Made by a program: the position numbers and the translations under genes. This document shows, piece after piece, positions 8,506 to 16,003 of a DNA stretch of 32,000 bases. The notes beneath the pieces are model-generated. The model was not told where the DNA came from. It was given only the letters and a program-made list of their open reading frames with translations, and ran no database searches. How positions within the stretch are numbered: position 1 is the stretch's first letter; every line of letters starts with the position of its first letter. This stretch comes from Candidatus Electrothrix sp. GW3-4 (lineage in GTDB: Bacteria; Desulfobacterota; Desulfobulbia; Desulfobulbales; Desulfobulbaceae). The stretch covers positions 3,510,001 to 3,542,000 of the forward strand of contig NZ_CP147990.1 in assembly GCF_037902255.1 (NCBI RefSeq), given 5' to 3'.

Positions 8506-9071
8506 CGACCTTACTTATCATAGTACATGTACTGGTTTCACTCTTCCTGATTGCCATTGTGCTGTTACAGCACGGCAAAGGAGCTGATATTGGAGCCACC
8601 TTTGGCGGCTCAGGCCAGTCAGTCTTCGGATCAGAAGGTCCGGTGCCGTTGCTGAATAAGATTACCACCTTTTCAGCGATTGTTTTCATGGGTACCTCGA
8701 TTTCTCTGGCCTATCTTTCTGCCAATGAGAGTACCGGTTCGATTATGAAGGACCTGTCTACTCAGGAAACAGCCGCACCGACCCAAAAAGAAGCACCGGT
8801 GACCATCCCCATGCCAGGGACGGAACCCCAGGCTGAAGAGCAGCTTGAGGAACCCGCAGCGGAAGCAACAGAGGATGCCGCTACTATGGAGGAAATTATT
8901 CCAGCGGAAGACGTTGTTTCCCCGGCGGCTCAGGAAAGCGAAACTGTTGAGGCTGAAGCGACTGCGTCGACAGCCGTTGAAGACGAACCGGTAAGTGCAA
9001 CGCAGGAATCTGAAGTTGCTCCGATTGAGCAAGCAACAGAACCGGAAGTAGTACCGGAAGAAGCTGAATAA
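8502..9071 (+). CDS. secG: Preprotein translocase subunit SecG with a long acidic C-terminal extension
   Basis: It has an ATGA overlap with the tpiA stop. The N-terminal ~75 aa (LLIIVHVLVSLFLIAIVLLQHGKGADIGATFGGSGQSVFGSEG...) form a typical two-TM SecG. About 110 further residues are E/A/T/P-rich. Confidence 0.85.
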   Translation: MTTLLIIVHVLVSLFLIAIVLLQHGKGADIGATFGGSGQSVFGSEGPVPLLNKITTFSAIVFMGTSISLAYLSANESTGSIMKDLSTQETAAPTQKEAPVTIPMPGTEPQAEEQLEEPAAEATEDAATMEEIIPAEDVVSPAAQESETVEAEATASTAVEDEPVSATQESEVAPIEQATEPEVVPEEAE

Positions 9072-9092
9072 AAATACATACAAATTTTGTGT

Positions 9093-9178
9093 GCCGAAGT
9101 GGTGGAATTGGTAGACACGCTATCTTGAGGGGGTAGTGGGTTACGCCCGTGCCGGTTCGACTCCGGCCTTCGGCACCA
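9093..9178 (+). tRNA. leuU: tRNA-Leu (anticodon GAG), CCA encoded
   Basis: The acceptor stem is GCCGAAG/CTTCGGC. The anticodon loop is TTGAGGG within stem CTATC/GGTAG. A long variable arm and T-loop GGTTCGACTCC are present. The 5' half is nearly identical to my recollection of E. coli leuU, which also follows secG. Confidence 0.95.
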
Positions 9179-9214
9179 TTTTTTTTTACATAAGCAGTAT
9201 TCTTGTAGTTCATT

Positions 9215-9247
9215 AAAACCCGCGGCCGTAACTGGTGAGCGGGTTTT
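9215..9247 (+). terminator. Rho-independent terminator candidate after tRNA-Leu
   Basis: aaaacccgc (9215-9223) pairs perfectly with gcgggtttt (9239-9247). The GC core CCCGC/GCGGG is followed by TTTTCTT. Confidence 0.55.
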
Positions 9248-9312
9248 CTTGTATCTTACCTTCCTGATATGATCCCCCTGAAACCGTATCCTCCTTATGC
9301 CCTTTCACATGG

Positions 9313-9573
9313 CTAACGCTGCTGATCCGCGAACCTTCCGCAGATCATAGCGAGGCATTCGAGGATTTCTTGATCATCCGTGCGGCGGCGATAGAAAATC
9401 GTGCCCCGTGTCTCCGTAAAGGTTTTACCGCACCTCCGGCACTTATAACGCTGGCACCCAGAGCGGGTGTGGCCGAATTTCACAATATTGTTTCTGCTCT
9501 CCTGTACCTGTTCATAATCGGGACAAACGGGCTTAGGACAAAAAGTGCCAACCTTTGCAAGTTCAGCCATCAC
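9313..9573 (-). CDS. Transposase N-terminal zinc-ribbon fragment (IS1-like/other IS family), truncated
   Basis: 86 aa. FCPKPVCPDY...VKFGHTRSGCQRYKCRRCGKTFTETRGTIFYRRR is a CxxC...CxxC zinc ribbon plus the start of an HTH, as in the N-termini of several transposase families. The ORF stops before any catalytic domain. It has a strong SD (aaggaggg) and lies next to a tRNA. Confidence 0.5.
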   Translation of the reverse strand: MMAELAKVGTFCPKPVCPDYEQVQESRNNIVKFGHTRSGCQRYKCRRCGKTFTETRGTIFYRRRTDDQEILECLAMICGRFADQQR

Positions 9574-10123
9574 TCCCTCCTTTCAGTAGTAACTATCTCA
9601 TATACTGAAAGATAAGCATCCGAAAGGGCAATGACAACACTCAGCAGGGTGACCATCTAATACTACTCACTCCCCTTTTCCTCATCTATTTTTCCCCATT
9701 ATGTCTGTCTTACCAACCTGACGTACTCAGCAAAATGGGATATGATATAAGTGAAGGCAGCTGAAACTAATATCCTCCTTTTTGTCATGATATTTCCTTC
9801 AGTCTCAGCTGCCTTCATTTTCTTGCAAGTAACAGCCCATCAGATCAGCCAATGATTCAACTTTCTCACTCCTGATTAACTTTTTTTCTTTGCCTTCTAT
9901 TTTGTCTTACAGATGTTGAAGCGTCTTTTATGGTCAAAGGAGGATCGTGAAAAAGGTCTGTTTGGGGGCGTAAGGAGGGAGTTTTTTTTGCAAATGGTGC
10001 GAATCAGACGGTTTGAATCCGTCTAAAAGGGGCTATTGTGGGGGGGGCATCCTGCATTGAGATTATGATGTATTTTCGGTAATCCATCTCAGCATCATGA
10101 CCTCGTTGCAGGACTATGGGCAT

Positions 10124-10552
10124 TTAATCACCTGCTGTATCCCCCACTATGTGCTGATGAACAAAGAATTGCCAACCGACAGAACTCTCTGGAATTTTAA
10201 ATCCAATGTCCATCCGGGTATCTTTTTTCATTATCCATCGAGGGTATGCAGATACCATACAATTTTTTCCCGTTCGGCTCGACGAATTTAGGGTATTAGC
10301 ATCATTGTTGACTATCCTCGTGGAAATTATAATTTTGCACTTTCTAAGACGCCAAATCGTAGGGCTAAAAAATACGGAAAGATTTGGCCAAAAAATTGAC
10401 TGCGAACTTATTGAAGGAAAATTTACCCGAAAGCCTTCGTAGGATACATCTGTCAGCTTCCCCTTATAGTAACAACCATTATCCACAAATACAGCGGTGT
10501 CTCCCAGCAAATTTACTCTCTTCAATCTGCGTTTATCAACTTGTACATACAT
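10124..10552 (-). CDS. PilZ domain protein (putative c-di-GMP receptor)
   Basis: Both halves of the PilZ binding motif are present with normal spacing: RRLKR (RxxxR, residues 8-12) and DVSYEG (DxSxxG, residues 35-40). SD AGGAGG sits 7 nt upstream of the ATG. The C-terminal half has no recognisable features. Confidence 0.55.
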   Translation of the reverse strand: MYVQVDKRRLKRVNLLGDTAVFVDNGCYYKGKLTDVSYEGFRVNFPSISSQSIFWPNLSVFFSPTIWRLRKCKIIISTRIVNNDANTLNSSSRTGKNCMVSAYPRWIMKKDTRMDIGFKIPESSVGWQFFVHQHIVGDTAGD

Positions 10553-10752
10553 ATCGGCTCCTCCTGGCGATAATTATTCTTATTAGAGAATAACACAGAC
10601 ATTAATAAAGCACAATATTGTATGCAGGGTTAAATGTTGAGTTTTTCTTTCGTCAATGGATTGCTTTGAACCGATTTAAAACACCCTGGATGACGAAAAA
10701 ACGACTAAATAGCCCTCCTCTACCAGCCTGTCACCTGGTATTGCTCAATACA

Positions 10753-10779
10753 AGGGGCAACGGCGCGCCGTGCCCCTAC
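10753..10779 (-). repeat. REP-like GTAG palindrome, third copy
   Basis: The minus strand reads gtaggggcacggcgcgccgttgcccct. It closely matches the unit at 6438-6465 (GTAGGG.CACGGC..GCCGTG.CCC). Confidence 0.6.
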
Positions 10780-11127
10780 CTCACTCAAAATAATGGGTAA
10801 AATATTTCCTATTGAATCCCTCACTGTTTTTGTATCTGCCTTACCATTGCAATAAACCCCTTGGTTTACAGCTTGTTCCGGCATAAGATAGAGCCATGTT
10901 ACTTAGAAGAAGCACTTTTGTTCATCAGTTGCCAAATCAAATTCTAGCAACTGCCAAGTCTTTACCTGCCTACACCATCCCCCGTCCTTTCTTCACGGCC
11001 TGTCCAAGTCAGGACATTTTCCCGGTGAAATGAGTTTTCCACCTTATTGCCTAGTCAGCATAAAACATGCTACAGTAATACAATTTAAAAAAACATAACA
11101 CTGAAACATCAAACGATAAGGCAAACT

Positions 11128-11409
11128 ATGAATAGAGATAATCTCTTGAATTGTTGGCAGTTCAAAAAATGTGGCAGGGAACCGGGTGGAAAGAACGCTG
11201 TAAATGATGGCGTTTGCTCGGTTGCTCTTGACATAGGAGCGGATGGTGTACATAACGGCACAAATGGTGGCCGCTGCTGCTGGGTTATAACCAATTCTGC
11301 TTACCAGGGAGACAGAGATGGCTTTTGCCTAGAAAAAAGCCGAAAATGCAGAGAATGTGATTTTTACCTTTTTATTAAAAAGTCAGAAAAACTATTTTTT
11401 GCGGCATGA
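11128..11409 (+). CDS. Two-CW domain small cysteine-rich protein (standalone)
   Basis: 93 aa. NCWQFKKCGREPGGKNAVNDGVCSVA...GTNGGRCCWVIT...CLEKSRKCRECDFY matches the recalled two-CW pattern (CW.FK.CGREPGG ... GVC ... NGG..CW ... C..C.FY). That pattern is usually found as an N-terminal module of sensor kinases. Confidence 0.65.
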   Translation: MNRDNLLNCWQFKKCGREPGGKNAVNDGVCSVALDIGADGVHNGTNGGRCCWVITNSAYQGDRDGFCLEKSRKCRECDFYLFIKKSEKLFFAA

Positions 11410-11410
11410 T

Positions 11411-11511
11411 TGATGGTTTCGTAAAAAGTCCAATTTTGCGAAAAATCGTATTGTAACTCATTGAGTTGCCGTTAGCGAATTGCTGTTTTCTGACTTTTTA
11501 CCAGGCCATCA
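11411..11511. repeat. Large imperfect inverted repeat / structured element directly 3' of the two-CW gene
   Basis: The left arm is tgatggtttcgtaaaaagtc (11411-11430). The reverse complement of the right arm gactttttaccaggccatca (11492-11511) is tgatggcctggtaaaaagtc, giving 17/20 matches. The 61-nt interior contains a small ATTTT-GCGA-AAAAT hairpin. Confidence 0.45.
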
Positions 11512-11851
11512 TGATTGCTTCGGACCAGGTATGTCGTGAGGAAAAAATTCATCATCAAAAACCATGGACACGAGTCCTGTACATAAACGGCTTAGCAGTA
11601 CGAGCAAGCTCTGTTATTTCTTTAATTCTCCCCTCAACCTGGAACTCGTCCCTGTCCCCGCCCCTCCATTATCCCCGGTTTTCGCCCTTGCCCTTTTTAT
11701 CCCATAATACCCCATTCTTTCATGATCATGGTGAACTTCTCCTTGCCTAATAGCTATTTTTAGGTTAGCACTTTATAAGTATCCATAACTGATTCACTTT
11801 CCGTGTAATATTCTCCAGAAACAATAATCAGGCAACGCCATCCACACAGGT

Positions 11852-12463
11852 ATGACAAAGATTCTCGCTATAAACGGCTCTTATCGAGCAGAAGGGATGA
11901 CGGATCAGGCAGTAGAGATAATCGTAAATGCCCTCCGATCATTGGGTGCGACTGTTGAGGTAATTCTCCTCCGCGAGTTCCCCCTTGCGTTTTGCAGCAA
12001 TTGCCGGGAATGCACCCAGCAGCCAGGCAGCTCACCAGGGAACTGTGTACAGGATGACAACATGGCAGAGCTTATTCAGAAAATCGAACAAGCAGATGGT
12101 GTTGTGTTGGCGTCCCCTACCAATTTTGCTTCGACCACTGCCCTCTTTAAGCGTTTTATGGAGCGACTGGTTGTGTATGGCTATTGGCCCTGGGGTAAAC
12201 ATTCCCCCAAGCTGCGGAGCAAAGGGAAACCCAGAAAAAAGGCCGTGCTCATTTCCTCAAGCGCAGCGCCTGCCTTTATGGGGCTTCTCTTCTTTACAAC
12301 AATGAAACAACTCAAGATCAGCGCAAAGACCATTGGTGCTAAGCAAGTAGGTAAAATATTCATCGGCTTGGCCGCAAAAGATCCACAGCCGGTGCTGTCA
12401 GATCACACCAAACAAAAAATCTGGAACGCAGCAACAAAGCTCGTGCAAACAGCAAAGGGTTGA
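11852..12463 (+). CDS. Flavodoxin-like fold NAD(P)H-dependent FMN reductase family protein
   Basis: 203 aa. MTKILAINGSYRAEGMTDQ...C.NCRECTQ...CVQDDNMAELIQKIEQADGVVLASPTNFASTTALFKRFMERL matches the FMN_red/iron-sulfur-flavoprotein-like pattern. Confidence 0.8.
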   Translation: MTKILAINGSYRAEGMTDQAVEIIVNALRSLGATVEVILLREFPLAFCSNCRECTQQPGSSPGNCVQDDNMAELIQKIEQADGVVLASPTNFASTTALFKRFMERLVVYGYWPWGKHSPKLRSKGKPRKKAVLISSSAAPAFMGLLFFTTMKQLKISAKTIGAKQVGKIFIGLAAKDPQPVLSDHTKQKIWNAATKLVQTAKG

Positions 12464-12533
12464 AGGTCAAACGTCATCCATACGAGAAAGAACCCTGCCA
12501 ATATATTTAACATTTCCCCCTTAACAACACACG

Positions 12534-12893
12534 ATGAAGACTCTCTTATTCTTACTCCTATTTATCATTGTTGTGCCGCTGTTGATTGGTCGCCTCGCCG
12601 GTCTTTATAGCAAATCAAAAAGCGACCTGGTACAGTTAGCAACGGTGGCAGGCCTGCTCATATTATTCACGTTTTACCTGCTCTTTATCCATGACAAAGG
12701 AGAAAAAAAGAAAAGGGCGAATTCCCCTCCCCCGTCCTCTGAAGGATCAGTAAACTGCAACGTCAATGTCACCTGCATCCATGACGATTATGTCATATAT
12801 GAGGAGGAAAGAAGAGAGCAACACACGAGTGGCCAGGCAGTACAGCCCTGTGACACGACAACGGAGTACCCATCAATGGAGTACCCATATTAA
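12534..12893 (+). CDS. Hypothetical small membrane protein (two predicted TM helices)
   Basis: The only support is two hydrophobic helices (LLFLLLFIIVVPLLIG and VAGLLILFTFYLLFI) followed by a charged tail. There is no SD and no recognisable family. Confidence 0.3.
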   Translation: MKTLLFLLLFIIVVPLLIGRLAGLYSKSKSDLVQLATVAGLLILFTFYLLFIHDKGEKKKRANSPPPSSEGSVNCNVNVTCIHDDYVIYEEERREQHTSGQAVQPCDTTTEYPSMEYPY

Positions 12894-12940
12894 TCAAGGT
12901 ATACCCTCAACTCCTCAACCAAAACCCCCGTTCGCTCTTC

Positions 12941-13435
12941 TCAAAACCCCCACAGCAAGGAACGCTTGACCCAGCCTTTAACCTGACCGTGCTGAACCTT
13001 AGCCCACCCTTTGCGTTGCTCAAGGGTCTTAAATACAACCCCATAATAGGCCTTGGCGATAACCTTTGCCTTGGTGCTGGGTTTCTTACGGATATTGATT
13101 TTCCCCTTATTCTTCTTTTGCGCCTTCACGACCATGTGCCCTGAGCGGTGGACCACATTTTTATGCACCCACCCAACGGTGCTCTCAAAATCTTTGACCT
13201 TGAGCCACGTACCGGATTTTTTCAAGACCTTGAGCGGAAAACCAACACCAAGTTTCCAGAGGACTTGCTTTTCCAAACTGGGACCGGAGCGCATATTGAC
13301 ATTATCATTCTTCACAGCAACCATTCTTGCCGTGGCCGATTCTATCGCGATGCTACTCAGTACAACAAAACTAACTATAAAAAAAAAGGCTGCTGCCTTG
13401 ACCGTACGAAAGAGTTGTTTTTTTCTGTGCCTCAT
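12941..13435 (-). CDS. Secreted bacterial SH3 (SH3b) domain protein with two SH3_3 repeats
   Basis: A signal/anchor AAAFFFIVSFVVLSSIAIESATA is followed by two repeats of the pattern VN.R.GPS....V...L..G....VL...G.W.KV......GWV...... Confidence 0.75.
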   Translation of the reverse strand: MRHRKKQLFRTVKAAAFFFIVSFVVLSSIAIESATARMVAVKNDNVNMRSGPSLEKQVLWKLGVGFPLKVLKKSGTWLKVKDFESTVGWVHKNVVHRSGHMVVKAQKKNKGKINIRKKPSTKAKVIAKAYYGVVFKTLEQRKGWAKVQHGQVKGWVKRSLLWGF

Positions 13436-13514
13436 ATCTATGCTGTTATATCGATCTTGTTACTTCCTTGATTTAGGGAGTGAGGATACTCGCAATCTTC
13501 TCCAACCCTCCTGC

Positions 13515-13853
13515 CTAACACTCATCTTCCCCGGTCAGACGACCTTCTGGAGTCAGACTGACGGATACATATGCTATGTTTTCCACATCTTCGGAAGACC
13601 CTAGACTTGTGTATGTCACATTGACAAGCCCTTCGTCCTTCATGGTATCCAGCTGTTGTTTTAAGTCTGATCGTTCCGCTGGATTCTCAGGCCATTCTAG
13701 CCCCTGCCCATCTATCAGCTCTCGTAAAATAGTACATTCGTCATTCTTCATACCAATCCCATTACCTGAATTCTCTGGACGTCGGATAACAGATGTTATC
13801 CTGACCTCTTTCCTATCAGGGAGAGCCACGAAGAAAGCCCACGGATCCTCCAC
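13515..13853 (-). CDS. Hypothetical protein
   Basis: 112-aa ORF with ordinary composition, co-oriented downstream of the ABC ATPase. The opposite-strand ORF is Ser-rich junk. No motif was recognised, and the start could be the internal MKNDEC. Confidence 0.3.
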   Translation of the reverse strand: MEDPWAFFVALPDRKEVRITSVIRRPENSGNGIGMKNDECTILRELIDGQGLEWPENPAERSDLKQQLDTMKDEGLVNVTYTSLGSSEDVENIAYVSVSLTPEGRLTGEDEC

Positions 13854-13933
13854 GCTGAGCCCATCTCACGGTCTCCCCTCCTCACAAGTCATTTTCTTGA
13901 AGAGATATTCCCACCGCAACAAAGGCTAACATA

Positions 13934-15079
13934 CTATGAATTATTCTGCAAAGGGGCTACCGCCACCCCGCTCTTATCAAAAAAGCAGGCTGCGCCCAGA
14001 TCGACATGCAGGACAATATCTTCACCAACCGCGCAAGTGAGCTGCTGAAAAATTCGGGCAGTGAAGGTCTGCTCAGGGATATCCAATTCGGTTACAAACG
14101 GACCGGCTGGCTGAAAACGGATCAGGGTTTCATAGCCAAGGAATTCCCCATCAACTACCTGGCAGGGCAGAGACAGGCTATTCTCCTGTCCCTGCGCAGA
14201 TAAACTGAATGCTTCCGGCCGGAGACCAAGCCAGATATCCTCATTCTGAGGGAGTTCTGCCAGCCGCGTCCGCATCTCTTCCGGCAAGAGCCAGCGGACC
14301 GGCTCCTGTTCCAGGGGCAGGATCAGCTCATTTCCGGAAACCCGGCAGGGGATGATGTTCATACCCGGACTGCCGATGAACTGGGCGATAAAGATATTAG
14401 CTGGCCGGGAGTACAGTTCATCCGGCGGGGCCACCTGCTGGAGGATGCCGTCTTTGAGCACCGCGACCCGCTGCCCCAGGGTCATGGCCTCGACCTGATC
14501 ATGGGTGACATAAACCGTGGTCACACCGAGCTGCCGCTGAATCGTGGCGATCTCCGAGCGGATCTGGACCCGGAGTTTGGCATCCAGGTTGGAGAGCGGT
14601 TCATCCATGAGAAAGACCTGCGGCTCCCGCACCAAGGCCCGGCCCATGGCCACCCGCTGCCGCTGCCCGCCGGAGAGCTGTTTGGGTTTCTTGTCCAGCA
14701 GAGGAGTAATGTCCAGCTGTTCGGCCACGGTTTCCACCTGCCTCGTGATGTCCTGGACAGACATTTTCTGCATCCGCAAAGGGAAGGACATATTATCGCG
14801 CACGCTCATGTGCGGATACAGGGCGTAATTCTGGAAGACCATGGCGATATTGCGCTGCTGGGGCGGCAGATTATTCACCCGCCTGCCGTTGATCGATATC
14901 TCGCCGTCGGTGATGGATTCCAGCCCGGCAATGGTGCGCAGCAGGGTGGACTTGCCGCATCCAGACGGGCCGACAAAGACCATCAGCTCGCCGTCTTTGA
15001 TCTCCAGATTGATATGATCCAGGATGTTCTGCTTTTTATCGTAAGATTTGATCAGTTCTTTGATTGCAACATCTGCCAT
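13934..15079 (-). CDS. Carbohydrate ABC transporter ATP-binding protein (MalK/UgpC-like)
   Basis: 381 aa. Walker A GPSGCGKST, Q-loop, signature LSGGQRQRVAMGRAL, Walker B FLMDEPLSNLD and an H-loop are present, plus a C-terminal MalK-type regulatory/TOBE region. Confidence 0.95.
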   Translation of the reverse strand: MADVAIKELIKSYDKKQNILDHINLEIKDGELMVFVGPSGCGKSTLLRTIAGLESITDGEISINGRRVNNLPPQQRNIAMVFQNYALYPHMSVRDNMSFPLRMQKMSVQDITRQVETVAEQLDITPLLDKKPKQLSGGQRQRVAMGRALVREPQVFLMDEPLSNLDAKLRVQIRSEIATIQRQLGVTTVYVTHDQVEAMTLGQRVAVLKDGILQQVAPPDELYSRPANIFIAQFIGSPGMNIIPCRVSGNELILPLEQEPVRWLLPEEMRTRLAELPQNEDIWLGLRPEAFSLSAQGQENSLSLPCQVVDGEFLGYETLIRFQPAGPFVTELDIPEQTFTARIFQQLTCAVGEDIVLHVDLGAACFFDKSGVAVAPLQNNS

Positions 15080-15114
15080 AACGTATCCTGTGGGTTATCA
15101 GAGTGTTCAGAGAG

Positions 15115-15930
15115 TTATCCTTTGGTGCCGGTGGCCGCGATGCCTGCGACAAACCAGCGTTGAAAGAGGAGAAAAATCACCATGACCGGTGCCACCATCA
15201 TCACGCCGAAGGCCATGATGTCGCCCCATTGCAGAGGCGGCAGGGTCTGAAACTGGGCCACGGCCACGGGTAGAGGCCGGACCCGTTCGCCGCTGGTCAC
15301 CATGAGCGGCCAGAGAAAGGTGCCCCACTGCATGAGAAAGGTGAGGATGGTGACGCTGGCAAAGGCGGGCTTGCTGTTGGGCAGGATCAGGGAGGTGAAA
15401 ATGCGGAAGGTGCCTGCACCGTCCACCCGGGCCGCCTCTTCAAACTCCTTGGGCAGGCCGATAAAAAAGGTGTAAAAGAGATAGATGGAAAAGGCGTTGG
15501 CGACAAAGGGCAGGATCTGGACCAGATAGCTGTCCCGCCAGCCTAAATAGCTCATCTGGTAAAACATGGGCACGGCAATGGCCTCAAAGGGGATGATCAT
15601 CAGGGCCAGGACCAGGCCGAACAGGGCCTTATGGCCGAACCAGTGCAGGCGGGCAAAGGCGTATCCGGCCAGGGAGTTGACGACCAGGCCCAGCAGAACC
15701 ACGGACAGGGTAATGAACAGGGAGTTGAACAGGTAGCGGCCAAAGCTGACCCGTGCGAACACGTCTGCGTAGTTCTGCCAGCTCAGGTCGGCGGCAAAGA
15801 AGCGTCCGCTGGTCAGGCCGACCAGCACCTCGTTGTCCGGCTTAAAGCTGGAATAGACCATGAACAGGATCGGTGCGGCATAGAGCAGCGCGGCTGCGGT
15901 GATAAAGAGGGTGAGGAGTATTTTTCGCAT
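15115..15930 (-). CDS. Carbohydrate ABC transporter permease (MalG/UgpE-like)
   Basis: 271 aa with six TM segments. The EAA loop reads EFEEAARVDGAGTFRIFTSLILPNSKPA. Confidence 0.93.
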   Translation of the reverse strand: MRKILLTLFITAAALLYAAPILFMVYSSFKPDNEVLVGLTSGRFFAADLSWQNYADVFARVSFGRYLFNSLFITLSVVLLGLVVNSLAGYAFARLHWFGHKALFGLVLALMIIPFEAIAVPMFYQMSYLGWRDSYLVQILPFVANAFSIYLFYTFFIGLPKEFEEAARVDGAGTFRIFTSLILPNSKPAFASVTILTFLMQWGTFLWPLMVTSGERVRPLPVAVAQFQTLPPLQWGDIMAFGVMMVAPVMVIFLLFQRWFVAGIAATGTKG

Positions 15931-16003
15931 GGTATTTGGTACGGGTTGATTGATTGTTTTTGACGAGGTTCCTTGTTACGGTGCGCTTACAGGAACAGGA
16001 AAA

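Noticed and set aside
8673-9213. Minus-strand ORFs (136, 105 and 62 aa) opposite the secG tail and tRNA-Leu
   Set aside because: They are antisense to the GAA/GCA-rich secG extension and overlap the tRNA. They are Phe/Arg/Cys-rich artefacts.
10097-10291. 64-aa plus-strand ORF
   Set aside because: It is antisense to the 3' half of the PilZ ORF and has no SD. It has no motif, but the PilZ C-terminal half is itself weakly supported, so this region remains uncertain.
11466-11750. 94-aa plus-strand ORF
   Set aside because: It starts inside the inverted-repeat element and continues through a Pro/Ser-rich, low-information stretch. There is no SD.
9179-13900. Search for a direct repeat of the tRNA-Leu 3' end (att-like) to delimit an island
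   Set aside because: None was found by eye. The only cggcacca-like match (around 15121, minus strand) lies inside the permease gene and is too short. A computational search is needed.
14501-15163. 220-aa plus-strand ORF
   Set aside because: It is antisense to the ABC ATPase with intact Walker and signature motifs. It is a shadow ORF.
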